Assembly: GCA_964482725.1 (NCBI GenBank)
Contig: CAYZYT010000008.1
Coordinates: 3,255-67,254 of the forward strand
DNA length: 64,000 bases
Source: an uncultured bacterium
GTDB taxonomy: Bacteria > Omnitrophota > Omnitrophia > Omnitrophales > Aquincolibacteriaceae
Reading direction: 5' to 3'
The notes beneath the pieces are model-generated. The model was given only the letters and a program-made list of their open reading frames with translations. It was not told where the DNA came from and did no database searches. Position numbers and translations under genes: made by a program. Positions 17,821-26,644 of the stretch are shown in pieces; within the stretch, counting starts at the first letter, position 1; each line of letters starts with the position of its first letter.

Positions 17821-20173
17821 AAGCATTGCCTTCAAGCTCAGCTTTTTCGTTCTGACCTTTACGGGCCTTATTTTTGCCGGTATTTTCGGATACAACTATT
17901 TTGTTTCTCGCCAGATGATCCTGAAGAACATCGAGGAGAACGCGCGAAACCTTTCGGTTGCGACCGCCCAGCGCATTGAGACGGTCCTGCGTTCTGTCCA
18001 GGAAGTTCCGGAAACTGTCGCCGAAGTGTTGCAGGAGATCTCTTACGACAAGGCGGTCCTGAACCGGCTTTTAAGCACGGCGGTCGAGAATAATCCCGCG
18101 ATTTACGGCTCCACGGCGGCGTTCGAGCCGGGTTCTTTCGAAAAAGGCGCGCAGTTCTTTGCGCCGTACTTTTATAAAAGCGGCGGCGGGATCCAATTTA
18201 CCCATCTCGGAGGGAATGACTACCGGTATTTTTTCTTTGACTGGTATCAGATTCCCAAAGAGCTCGGTCGCCCGTCGTGGACGGAGCCCTATTACGACGA
18301 AGGCGGCGGCAATGTCATTATGTCCACGTATTCGGCCCCTTTTTACCGGCGCGAAGGGGGAGAAAGAAAATTCGCGGGCGTGGTGACGGCGGACGTGTCC
18401 CTCGGATGGCTTCAGAAAATGGTCTCCGAGATCAGGATCGCCAAAACCGGCTACGCCTTTCTTATCTCCCGGAACGGGACGTTCGTGACGCATCCCCATA
18501 AATCGCTGATCATGAACGAAACCCTTTTTAGCACGGCAGAGGTCCGGGGAGACCGGCATTTGCGGGAGGTCGGAAGAGATATGATCCGAGGTCACTCCGG
18601 GTTTGTTCCGTTCACCTCCCTTGTTTCGGGCCAGGCGTGCTGGATGGGGTATGCGCCGGTCCCGTCCACGGGATGGTCGGTCGGCGTTATTTTTCCCAAG
18701 GACGAACTTTTGGCGGATGTTCAGCGTTTGGGCCGGATCGATCTTGCCTTAGCGTTCTGCGGGTTTCTGATCCTTTTTTCGGTCATCGTTCTGATCTCGG
18801 GTTCCATCACGCGTCCTTTGAGAGCCCTCGCGGATGCGGCGAAGGCTCTTGCAAAAGGGAATTGGGAGATCGAGCTTCCTCCCGCGAGATCAAAAGATGA
18901 AGTCGGGACCCTCTCCGCTTCCTTCCTATATATGAAGGAAGCCCTGAAAAAATACATCCGGGAACTCACGGAAACGACGGCGGCCAAGGAGCGCATGGAA
19001 GGTGAGCTCAAGGTCGCTCACGAGATCCAGATGAGCCTCGTCCCAAAAGTTTTCCCGCCTTTTCCGAAAAGACCGGAGCTGGATATTTATGCCGTGCTGG
19101 AGCCCGCCCGAGAAGTGGGCGGGGATCTTTATGATTTTTTCTTTATCGACGAGAACCGGCTTTGCTTCGTGATCGGTGATGTCTCCGGGAAGGGGGTTCC
19201 CGCCGCTCTTTTCATGGCGATGACCAAAACGCTGATCAAGACGAACGCCAAAATGTGTACGAGCCCGGAGGAGATCCTGGAGAAGGTCAATGTCGAGATC
19301 TCGGAGGGCAACGATGCGTGCATGTTTGTCACGGTGTTCTGCGGCATCCTGGACACCCGGACAGGAGAGGTTTGCTATTCGAACGGCGGCCACAATCCCC
19401 CGTTTATTCTCCGGAAAGGGCAGGCGCCCGAATTTTTGCGCGGCGGCCACAGTCCGGCTGTCGGCGTCCTGGAAGACGCTGTGTTTGAAAAGGCCGGTCT
19501 CAAGATGGAGCCGGGAGATGCCCTTTATCTTTATACCGACGGAGTGACAGAAGCGTGCGATGATCAAGACGAGCTTTTTTCCGAAGAGCGATTGCAGGAG
19601 ATGCTTTCCGGGCCGGTCCCGGGATCTCTCAAGGGACTCGTGGAAAAAACGCTTCAAGAGGTTCGTTCCTTTTCGGGCGCGATGCCTCAAGCCGATGATA
19701 TTACTCTCCTGGTGTTGAGATATTATGGCGCTCGCGGAGAAGAAAAAGAGGGGGGCAAAATGAAATTGATGCTTGAGAATAAACTCACCGAGCTTTCGAA
19801 ACTTCAGGGAGCGCTCGCAGAGTTCTCGGGAAAAGTCGGTCTGTCCCAAGAAGTCCTTCATGACCTGCAGCTGGTTTTGGAAGAGATCGTGGTCAATGTC
19901 ATTTCCTATGCCTATGCGGACACCGCGAGGCATGAGATCGTCGTCTCTCTTGAAAAAGAGGGGAGTGAGCTCGCCGTCCGGGTGCAGGACGAAGGCCGGG
20001 CATTCGACCCGCTCAAGGTTCCCGAACCGGACCTGGACGTGCCTGTGGAAGAGAGGCCCATCGGAGGTCTCGGGATGCACCTGGTCCGCAATCTGGCGCG
20101 GGAAGTGAACTATGAAAGAGTCCAGGGCAAGAATATTCTCACCTTGAAGATCTCTCTTCCCACTGCTTCCTGA
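17810..20173 (+). CDS. membrane sensor-HAMP-PP2C phosphatase (RsbU/SpoIIE-like) fused to RsbW-like anti-sigma serine kinase (HATPase)
   Basis: N-terminal TM, periplasmic region of about 280 aa, second TM and a HAMP domain. PP2C motifs GGDLYDFF and IGDVSGKGVPAALFMA. C-terminal HATPase_c_2-like region (EEIVVNVISYAYAD...GGLGMHLVRNLA). Confidence 0.85.
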   Translation: MKDKSIAFKLSFFVLTFTGLIFAGIFGYNYFVSRQMILKNIEENARNLSVATAQRIETVLRSVQEVPETVAEVLQEISYDKAVLNRLLSTAVENNPAIYGSTAAFEPGSFEKGAQFFAPYFYKSGGGIQFTHLGGNDYRYFFFDWYQIPKELGRPSWTEPYYDEGGGNVIMSTYSAPFYRREGGERKFAGVVTADVSLGWLQKMVSEIRIAKTGYAFLISRNGTFVTHPHKSLIMNETLFSTAEVRGDRHLREVGRDMIRGHSGFVPFTSLVSGQACWMGYAPVPSTGWSVGVIFPKDELLADVQRLGRIDLALAFCGFLILFSVIVLISGSITRPLRALADAAKALAKGNWEIELPPARSKDEVGTLSASFLYMKEALKKYIRELTETTAAKERMEGELKVAHEIQMSLVPKVFPPFPKRPELDIYAVLEPAREVGGDLYDFFFIDENRLCFVIGDVSGKGVPAALFMAMTKTLIKTNAKMCTSPEEILEKVNVEISEGNDACMFVTVFCGILDTRTGEVCYSNGGHNPPFILRKGQAPEFLRGGHSPAVGVLEDAVFEKAGLKMEPGDALYLYTDGVTEACDDQDELFSEERLQEMLSGPVPGSLKGLVEKTLQEVRSFSGAMPQADDITLLVLRYYGARGEEKEGGKMKLMLENKLTELSKLQGALAEFSGKVGLSQEVLHDLQLVLEEIVVNVISYAYADTARHEIVVSLEKEGSELAVRVQDEGRAFDPLKVPEPDLDVPVEERPIGGLGMHLVRNLAREVNYERVQGKNILTLKISLPTAS

Positions 20174-20396
20174 TCTTTTTTAAACGAAGCGCGGAAAACG
20201 GCGGTGATCGCCGAGCGTTCTGAGGGCCCAGTCTTTAGTTTCTTTTTATAAAGGACGATGCATCTTCCGTGCTCTGAAGGGTTCCTCGAAAACAGGGGCC
20301 TTTAGCATCCTTCCGGCGCTGGCGCTCATTGAAGCATTGTTGTTTTCAGGGGGCCGGATTTTCAGCAGGGCTCCAGAAGCATTGAGGTGTGGAAAA

Positions 20397-22031
20397 ATGA
20401 AAAAAAGAAATCGGACGCTAATTAAATCAGGGGCGGTGGCCACCGTCGTTTTTTTCTTTTTTTTATCGACGGCAACGGCTTCGGTCGAATTGATCGGCCC
20501 CGAAGGAAAGCTGAAGCGTCCTGAAAACAAAGATTTTACCGTGACGACCGACGGGTATTGGGCGACCGATTTTGTGGCGTCCAAGAACACCGTCGATCTT
20601 GACAGCAAGCAGAAGAAAGATAAATACGGCTACATCGGTATGGCCTATCGCCTCAACGTGGACGCGACTTATAAAGACGACGTTGAGGTTTTTTTAGGCT
20701 TTGAGCGCAATGGACCGTATGGCTATGACGTGCCCGTTCTGGGGCGGAAGTCCCTGCCCTCCATTTATGGCGATTTGGAGCATTATCGCAACCGGGAGTT
20801 TCTCCCGGAGCTCAAGGAATGGTTTTTGGACGTCAAATCCCCTTGGACGGAGGCCTATCCCGTTCGTGCGAAGGTCGGTCTTTTTCCGCTCGAGATCGGG
20901 AACGGCTTTGCGGTCACCGGCCTCTACCAAAATTATGGGGTCCAGCTCTATCATCCCGGGGAAATTCTCGCCTGGCATTTCAATTACATTAAACCGAACT
21001 GGAGTAATTACGCCATTTTGGGTCCGACCCTCCCGCAGGAGAAATTTCTGGGACGCGGGTATTTCCACACCCAGGCCGACCTTTTTTCGCTCGACGCGGT
21101 TTATCATTGGAAAAAGCCCGAAGGCGCGTCCTGGATCATTCCGGGAGGCTCGCTCCAGCCCTATGTCAGTTTTCTCTCGGACCGGACGGGGGACCTGAAG
21201 CGCAAGAACCTTTTTGAGACTCAGACGCATCAGGATCTTTTGGGAACTCTGGGGGCGGACCTGAATCTGGAGTTCGGTCGGCTTTCGCTCGGCTTTGAAG
21301 CCGCAAGAAATTTCGGAAGGGCCAAAGCCACTGAGGGGGATGCCCCGTTTGACCCCGCGACCGGGGCGTCCATCGCCGGTGATAAGGACGTTATCCACAA
21401 AGGGTATCTTCTCTATGCGGACGCCGCGTTCGATCTGAAAGAATATTGGCTCACGCCGCGCACCAAGGTGATCGTGACCTCAGGGAATAAAAACAATGAT
21501 TCCTCCGACGGCCTTCTTCACGGCTCCACGAACCGGGCCTTCAGTGTTTTCTCGCCGATGAACACCCATTTGTCGTACAGTGTTTATCCTCCTCAAAAAT
21601 TAGCCCCGCTCCTTTTTATGGGAAATGCGTTGGGGAATAACTACGGGGTTCTCCGGCCGGGGACTTTTAATGATCCGGTTCTTTTCGAGAACATCATCAC
21701 GCCTAATGTCGGTGTGAACATCACGCCCCATCCCAAGGTCATCCTCACGATCGATTGGTGGTATTTTTCATCGTTCGAGCAGGGCGTGGGGTCCTGGGAC
21801 GGGGTCTCCAAAAAACTTTCGAGAGATCTTGGGAACGAGTTTGATTTTGGCGCGACGATCGACGCGACGAAATGGCTGACCCTGAATTTCGGCCTAGGCT
21901 ATTTCATCCCCGGGGATTATTACCGGGCAGAGCGGAATGACGATGGGACCGTTTTCAGCCCCCGCGCCAACACAGACGGAGTTGCGAACAAAGCCATTTA
22001 TTTCGAGAACCGAATCACGGTAAAGTTTTAA
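20397..22031 (+). CDS. outer-membrane beta-barrel protein, unknown family
   Basis: Signal peptide after MKKRNRT with GAGGTG RBS. Alternating amphipathic pattern and a C-terminal ...ITVKF ending in an aromatic residue. Confidence 0.55.
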   Translation: MKKRNRTLIKSGAVATVVFFFFLSTATASVELIGPEGKLKRPENKDFTVTTDGYWATDFVASKNTVDLDSKQKKDKYGYIGMAYRLNVDATYKDDVEVFLGFERNGPYGYDVPVLGRKSLPSIYGDLEHYRNREFLPELKEWFLDVKSPWTEAYPVRAKVGLFPLEIGNGFAVTGLYQNYGVQLYHPGEILAWHFNYIKPNWSNYAILGPTLPQEKFLGRGYFHTQADLFSLDAVYHWKKPEGASWIIPGGSLQPYVSFLSDRTGDLKRKNLFETQTHQDLLGTLGADLNLEFGRLSLGFEAARNFGRAKATEGDAPFDPATGASIAGDKDVIHKGYLLYADAAFDLKEYWLTPRTKVIVTSGNKNNDSSDGLLHGSTNRAFSVFSPMNTHLSYSVYPPQKLAPLLFMGNALGNNYGVLRPGTFNDPVLFENIITPNVGVNITPHPKVILTIDWWYFSSFEQGVGSWDGVSKKLSRDLGNEFDFGATIDATKWLTLNFGLGYFIPGDYYRAERNDDGTVFSPRANTDGVANKAIYFENRITVKF

Positions 22032-22084
22032 AACCGAAAACCAGAACCCGACGCCGTCCGGTAACGGGTAACGTCAAATTAAAA

Positions 22085-22118
22085 AAAAGCCACCGATATC
22101 CCTATCGATGGCTTTGAG
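22085..22118 (-). terminator. Rho-independent terminator on minus strand, just downstream (minus sense) of repeat C1
   Basis: GCCATCGATAGGGATATCGGTGGC hairpin followed by T8 when read on the minus strand. Confidence 0.5.
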
Positions 22119-22126
22119 TGTTAACT

Positions 22127-22244
22127 GGGGCGGTCGACGGGAATTGGCGCCCTGCGCGGGACTTCGTCTCCGCTGCGGGTCGGCCACCCGCCCCGCCGTA
22201 CAATGCTCCGAAGGTCGCATTGGCGGGGCTCCCTTCAATTCCCT
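22127..22244 (-). repeat. C element copy 1: tRNA-His 3'-terminal 19 nt fused to a roughly 100-nt GC-rich hairpin domain
   Basis: Near-identical to the copies at 25033-25150 and 25204-25320. Begins GGGCGGTCGACGGGAATTG, matching the tRNA-His 3' end. GGGAATTG...CAATTCCC closes a hairpin containing GCCCCGCC/GGCGGGGC and CAATGC/GCATTG stems. Confidence 0.8.
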
Positions 22245-22296
22245 AAATCTTCGAATCAACTTTCTCTTTGAACGGGTGGTCCAAAAAGAAAGTTGG

Positions 22297-22335
22297 GGCG
22301 GTCGACGGGAATTGAACCCGCGACCCCAAGATTCG
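22297..22335 (-). repeat. 38-nt partial copy of the tRNA-His 3' part (acceptor 3' strand through anticodon-stem 3' strand); att-like direct repeat
   Basis: GGGCGGTCGACGGGAATTGAACCCGCGACCCCAAGAT is identical to 25374-25411 of the intact tRNA gene and diverges immediately after. Confidence 0.8.
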
Positions 22336-22745
22336 CAATTATGTCCCCAAGATTGACCATGTTTATCCATCCTTATCCACCCAAAGCGCTATCAAGTCGT
22401 GCTATCACCGAGGAAGGGGGGCCTATAGCCTGGAAATGACGGCACCCACTGATTCTGAATCTGGTCGAAAGAAAATTTAATTCAAAAATTAAAAGGGACC
22501 CTCTCTCTGGTAGCGGCCCTGCATTGCCCAAAGATTGCCCCGTACGGCTCTCCATGGCGGCTGGAACCTCTGACATAGCCACGGTTAGCGTCACGGGCGT
22601 CATGCTGTCATTGGATCGATTATCTGCTTTGAAACTTGCATAGCCAAGTCCATACCAGCGGAGGTATAATTATCTGTCTTTAAACCATGCCCCAAAAGCT
22701 CGGACGATATGCACCTTCGCATGAGTCGGTAGTAGGGAGCGCTGA

Positions 22746-24221
22746 ATGAATCTCAATAAATTCCCTCAAAGCATTCGCCGGTTTTGGTCGCTTTGGCTTG
22801 TCATTGCCGCTTCAACGCTCGTCACCATCGGCTTCGTCATCGCCTGCTTCGCCTCCGGCTTTTTCATCATTGTTCAAAATCTCTTTTACATTCCCATTAT
22901 CCTCGCCTGCCTCTATTACACAAAACGTGGGTTCGTATTCTCTCTGGCCATTGCAGGCATCTATGTTTTTCTCACCTTCGCCTTTACACATGAACATACG
23001 GTAATCCTGCAGGCTTTTGTCCGGGCCGGCATCTTCGTGCTCATTGCAGGTATCATTACCACCCTGTCATTAGAGCGTAAGCGGGCCGAGGAGTCGCTGC
23101 GGGAGAGTGAGAACAGGTATCGAAATATCTTTCAGTCGTCTCGTGATGCCATTATGACGATCGAGCCGCCGTCCTGGAGATTCACTTCCGGAAACCCGGC
23201 AACCATAAAAATGTTTAAGGCGAAGGATGAAGCGGAGTTTTTGGCCTGCGTCCCCTGGCAATTATCTCCCGAACGGCAGCCGGATGGGAGACCCTCGGAT
23301 GAGAAGTCGAAAGAGATGATAGAAACGGCTATGCGTGAAGGCTCCAATTTCTTTGAGTGGACGCACAAACGGACGAGTGGCGAGGTCTTCCCTGCAGAGG
23401 TGTTGTTGTCGAAAATGGAACTGGACGGAAACGTATTTCTTCATGCAGTTGTCCGGGATATCACCGAGCGCAAGACAGCCGAGGCGGAGATCATGAAGGC
23501 GGAGCTTCTCAGGACCCATGCGGAGATCAAATCCAAGTTCGCTTCAATGGTTTCGCATGAACTCCGGAGCCCGCTGGCTATTATCCAGGGGAGCGTCTCT
23601 CTCGTTAAAGACGGTTTGGTAGGGCCGGTCAATGAGGAGCAAAAAGGGATTCTGGGGACGGGGCTCAAGGGCGTCGAGCGACTGGGGCGCTTGATCAATA
23701 ATGTTTTAGATTTCCAGAAGATCGAGTCTGGGAAAATGGAGTACGACATGCGTGAGAATGATATCAAGGAAACAGTTCTTGAGGCCTCTCAAGGCTTGCG
23801 GTTTCTATCGGAACCCAAGGGCCTGGATCTCCGGGTGCAGCCCCGGGATATCTTGCCCAGGATAAAATTTGACAAGGATAAGATCATCCAGGTGCTTATT
23901 AACTTGATCAGCAATGCCATAAAATTTACCTCCCAAGGGAGTGTCACGATCAACATTCAACGGGAAAATAATACGGCGCATGTGGAGATCCGGGATACCG
24001 GGCCGGGGATCAAGGCCGAAGATATCCCCAGGCTTTTTCAGCCCTTTGAACAGCTCGACAAAGGAAGAGGCAGGGCTAAGGGCGGTACGGGCTTAGGGTT
24101 AGCTATTTCAAAAGAGATCGTTCTCGCTCATGGCGGAAAGATATGGGCCGAGTCAGAGATCGGCAAAGGAAGCGCTTTTCACTTTACACTGCCTGTTCTG
24201 GAAAACAGGAGACCGGTATGA
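22746..24221 (+). CDS. membrane sensor histidine kinase (4-TM, PAS, HisKA, HATPase)
   Basis: H-box SHELRSPL and G2 box [14 protein letters not shown]. Paralogous, at about 60% identity in the kinase core, to the HK at 43049-46090. Confidence 0.85.
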   Translation: MNLNKFPQSIRRFWSLWLVIAASTLVTIGFVIACFASGFFIIVQNLFYIPIILACLYYTKRGFVFSLAIAGIYVFLTFAFTHEHTVILQAFVRAGIFVLIAGIITTLSLERKRAEESLRESENRYRNIFQSSRDAIMTIEPPSWRFTSGNPATIKMFKAKDEAEFLACVPWQLSPERQPDGRPSDEKSKEMIETAMREGSNFFEWTHKRTSGEVFPAEVLLSKMELDGNVFLHAVVRDITERKTAEAEIMKAELLRTHAEIKSKFASMVSHELRSPLAIIQGSVSLVKDGLVGPVNEEQKGILGTGLKGVERLGRLINNVLDFQKIESGKMEYDMRENDIKETVLEASQGLRFLSEPKGLDLRVQPRDILPRIKFDKDKIIQVLINLISNAIKFTSQGSVTINIQRENNTAHVEIRDTGPGIKAEDIPRLFQPFEQLDKGRGRAKGGTGLGLAISKEIVLAHGGKIWAESEIGKGSAFHFTLPVLENRRPV

Positions 24222-24580
24222 CAAAGAAGATCCTGGTGGCCGATGACGAACCCGAGTTGCTTGAACTGACTTTGCTCCGGCTGAAAAAGACGGGTTATGA
24301 TGTATTCGGGTCGGCGGACGGCCGGGAGGTCCTGGAGCTGGTTCGCCAACAAATGCCCGATCTGATTATCCTGGATGTCTACCTTCCGGTAATCGACGGC
24401 GATGAGATCGCCAAGCTATTCAAGAAAGATGAAAAGATGAAACACATTCCGGTCATTCTGATTTCGGCGACCACCCAGACCCTCGAAGAGAGGGCCAAAG
24501 AATGCGGCGCGGTCGGTTATTTTTCAAAGCCGTTCGACCCTGGAGACCTGGTCACTATGGTCAAGAAGCATATTGGCTAA
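24218..24580 (+). CDS. single-domain response regulator (CheY-like receiver)
   Basis: DDEPELLEL...[10 protein letters not shown]...K. About 65% identical to the RR at 46103-46468. Confidence 0.85.
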   Translation: MTKKILVADDEPELLELTLLRLKKTGYDVFGSADGREVLELVRQQMPDLIILDVYLPVIDGDEIAKLFKKDEKMKHIPVILISATTQTLEERAKECGAVGYFSKPFDPGDLVTMVKKHIG

Positions 24581-25032
24581 CAAAGATGTGAGTGGTTTTT
24601 AAAGAAACAGCCAGAGAATGGAGCCATTGAGCGGAAAAGAAAACGGGCCGGGGTTGTGGAATGAGTGAAGCCGCGCCTTAGAATTGCTGGGAGTTCGCAA
24701 GCTCTTTTAAAGGAAAAGGCTGCGCCAAGGCGCAGGAGGCAGATGGTTTTCGGTACTGCATAAGGGAATGCGCTTGGTTTCAGAAGTTAAACCCAGAATA
24801 TTACGGCAACGACGGAAACCTCAAGCCGTTCTGAAACCAAACCCCAAGCCAATAGAGTGTTTCATGCGTAATTAACGGCTATCCAAAGTGCTATCACCCC
24901 TATAAAACCCACCCGAAATAAAAAAGAGCAAGTACCGTAGACGACGGCTGTTCAAAAGCCGTCACGGGATAGTGCTTGGCCATAAAGGCCAAGCCAATCA
25001 GCGCAAGTGCCGACTGCTCTTTGAGATAAAGA

Positions 25033-25150
25033 AGGGCGGTCGACGGGAATTGGCGCCCTGCGCGGGACTTCGTCTCCGCTGCGGGTCGGCCACCCGCCCC
25101 GCCGTACAATGCTCCGAAGGTCGCATTGGCGGGGCTCCCTTCAATTCCCT
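25033..25150 (-). repeat. C element copy 2
   Basis: Identical architecture to C1; see 22127-22244. Confidence 0.8.
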
Positions 25151-25154
25151 TGAG

Positions 25155-25198
25155 CCATCAACAAAAAATCCCTTTCCGGAATAAATCCGAAAAGGGAT
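25155..25198. terminator. bidirectional terminator hairpin AAAAAATCCCTTTCCGGA-ATAAA-TCCGAAAAGGGATTTT
   Basis: Perfect 14-bp stem flanked by A and T runs. The identical copy is at 25325-25368. Confidence 0.6.
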
Positions 25199-25203
25199 TT
25201 TAA

Positions 25204-25320
25204 GGGCGGTCGACGGGAATTGGCGCCCTGCGCGGGACTTCGTCTCCGCTGCGGGTCGGCCACCCGCCCCGCCGTACAATGCTCCGAAGGTCGCATTGGC
25301 GGGGCTCCCTTCAATTCCCT
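25204..25320 (-). repeat. C element copy 3
   Basis: As above. Tandem with C2, separated by an identical 53-nt terminator-containing spacer. Confidence 0.8.
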
Positions 25321-25324
25321 TGAG

Positions 25325-25368
25325 CCATCAACAAAAAATCCCTTTCCGGAATAAATCCGAAAAGGGAT
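25325..25368. terminator. second copy of the bidirectional terminator hairpin, immediately 3' of tRNA-His
   Basis: Same sequence as 25155-25198. Confidence 0.6.
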
Positions 25369-25373
25369 TTTAA

Positions 25374-25449
25374 GGGCGGTCGACGGGAATTGAACCCGCG
25401 ACCCCAAGATCCACAATCTTGTGCTCTAACCAACTGAGCTACGACCGCC
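25374..25449 (-). tRNA. tRNA-His (anticodon GTG) with genomically encoded G-1 and C73; CCA not fully encoded
   Basis: Reverse complement folds as G-1 + GCGGTCG / TA / GCTC-AGTTGGTTA-GAGC / A / CAAGA-TTGTGGA-TCTTG / GGGTC / GCGGG-TTCAATT-CCCGT / CGACCGC / C. Confidence 0.9.
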
Positions 25450-25552
25450 ATGATACTTTTCAATGCCAGAACGTTGCGATCTTACAATCTTTCCAACTGT
25501 ATCAAACCCCCATGGTTTGATATGGCTTCGGCAGGCACTGGATGTGCCTGTC

Positions 25553-25575
25553 CGATCCAAGCTACGACCGCCACG
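25553..25575. repeat. duplicate of the tRNA-His 5'-end region (AGCTACGACCGCCAYGATA), about 115 nt upstream of the tRNA on its own strand
   Basis: Near-identical 20-mer to 25436-25455. Confidence 0.5.
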
Positions 25576-25689
25576 ATATTTGTGAATGAAACAGGCTCGC
25601 ATTATAACGAAAAAAGTGTTTTAGGGAAGGATAAAGCATATAATAACAGCCTCTACGATGAAGTTCCGCGAACTTTTTGGGAGGTGCTC

Positions 25690-25902
25690 ATGAAAGAATT
25701 TCTGGCGGGAGTGTTGGTGGTCGTGATGGCACTGGTTCTTTCCGGGATCGGGGTTCTTTTGCTGCCTCTATTGCTTGTGCTGGGCATTTTCCTTCGTCTG
25801 GCTATCGGGCTGATCGTTCTGATTCTTGCGATATGGCTGATCGGGAAGGTAACGCTTTTTCTGTTCGACCTTCTCAAGAAGAAGGAAAATAATCAAGTCT
25901 GA
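25690..25902 (+). CDS. small (70 aa) membrane protein, hypothetical
   Basis: GGGAGG RBS and an entirely hydrophobic two-helix sequence. Confidence 0.4.
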   Translation: MKEFLAGVLVVVMALVLSGIGVLLLPLLLVLGIFLRLAIGLIVLILAIWLIGKVTLFLFDLLKKKENNQV

Positions 25903-25912
25903 AGGAGCGATC

Positions 25913-26164
25913 ATGGAACGGTTGATGACAGCGAAACAGGTCAGCGAATTGATCGAGGTGAAGCCTTCCACGGTTTATCAATGGGTGCACCTCGGGCTTA
26001 TTCCCTACGTGAAGCTCGGCAAATGCGTACGTTTCAAGAAGGTGGAGCTTTTTCGCTGGATCGACAAGAATTTTCGCAAGGAACGCATTTCCTTCCGATC
26101 GGCTGAGAAGACGCTTGCCAAACTTCCCTCCGCGAAGCAAAAGGATTTCTTTTCGTTGGAATGA
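25913..26164 (+). CDS. excisionase/AlpA-like HTH DNA-binding protein
   Basis: MTAKQVSELIEVKPSTVYQWVHLGLIPYVKLGKCVRFKKVELFRWI matches the excisionase/MerR-type HTH pattern. GAAGGAG RBS. Confidence 0.6.
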   Translation: MERLMTAKQVSELIEVKPSTVYQWVHLGLIPYVKLGKCVRFKKVELFRWIDKNFRKERISFRSAEKTLAKLPSAKQKDFFSLE

Positions 26165-26215
26165 TTCCTGCGCAACGCGCAACGAAATAATCCTGTTTCT
26201 TACGTTGCGCGAAGT
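26165..26215. repeat. iteron-like GCGCAACG direct/inverted repeats (set 1)
   Basis: GCGCAACGCGCAACG ... CGTTGCGCG. Confidence 0.5.
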
Positions 26216-26349
26216 ATTGATTTCTACCTTCAGGGGGTCTAGACTAAAGCCGTAGATAGAAGTGGCCGAAGGTTCGGTCTCGTTGGTTTGCACCCTAGGG
26301 CCTGATTTATCATTTAAGATTGATTGGGACGGCAACTCGGAGGTGTGCT

Positions 26350-26538
26350 ATGACAGAGCCCCAGAGACATAAGCTGGTCGCCGGCGGCGCCTTAGCGGTG
26401 ACTGTCTGCTTGATCCTTTATTTGATCGTCTTCGGATTCCATGCTTTTGATCCGAAGAGCCTGATCCTTTTTGTCGGATTTTTTGCGGTGGCCGCAAAGC
26501 TTTCTACGGTCAAGCATAAACACAATCCGATGGTTTGA
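26350..26538 (+). CDS. small (62 aa) membrane protein, hypothetical
   Basis: GGAGGTG RBS and two hydrophobic helices. Confidence 0.35.
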   Translation: MTEPQRHKLVAGGALAVTVCLILYLIVFGFHAFDPKSLILFVGFFAVAAKLSTVKHKHNPMV

Positions 26539-26605
26539 GCGCAACGCACAACGCGCAACGATTTGTTTTTTTTGCGTGGAGCGTTGAGCTTTGCGCGTTG
26601 CGAGC
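26538..26605. repeat. iteron-like GCGCAACG direct/inverted repeats (set 2)
   Basis: GCGCAACGCACAACGCGCAACG ... GCGTGGAGCGTTGAGCTTTGCGCGTTGCGAGCG. Confidence 0.5.
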
Positions 26606-26644
26606 GTTCTCCCTTGTAAATCCCCACCTCATTCAGTAGACTAC

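Noticed and set aside
22108-22356. ORFs 22108-22356 (+), 22074-22370 (-), 24972-25184 (+), 24998-25279 (-), 25141-25416 (-) and 24900-25109 (-), containing shared peptides such as GGRRELAPCAGLRLRCGSATRPAVQCSEGRIGGAPFNSL
   Set aside because: They lie entirely within the tRNA-derived C repeats and the tRNA gene. Their shared peptide sequences are a by-product of repeated DNA, and they have no RBS and no coding signal.
22127-25320. C elements considered as integron attC sites or gene cassettes
   Set aside because: No intI gene. The inter-element distance is 53 nt, which leaves no room for cassettes. The elements carry a tRNA 3'-end fragment rather than R''/L''-L'/R' core sites.
25033-25373. Tandem repeats C2/C3 with identical spacers considered as a possible CRISPR array
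   Set aside because: The repeat unit is 118 nt, there are only two tandem copies, the 53-nt 'spacers' are identical to each other and are themselves terminator hairpins, and there are no cas genes. This is not CRISPR.
22297-25411. Calling the tRNA-His-bracketed 3.1-kb segment a genomic island or ICE
   Set aside because: It is too small and lacks an integrase, excisionase within the brackets, or transfer genes. It is reported only as a probable integration scar or remnant, not as an intact mobile element.
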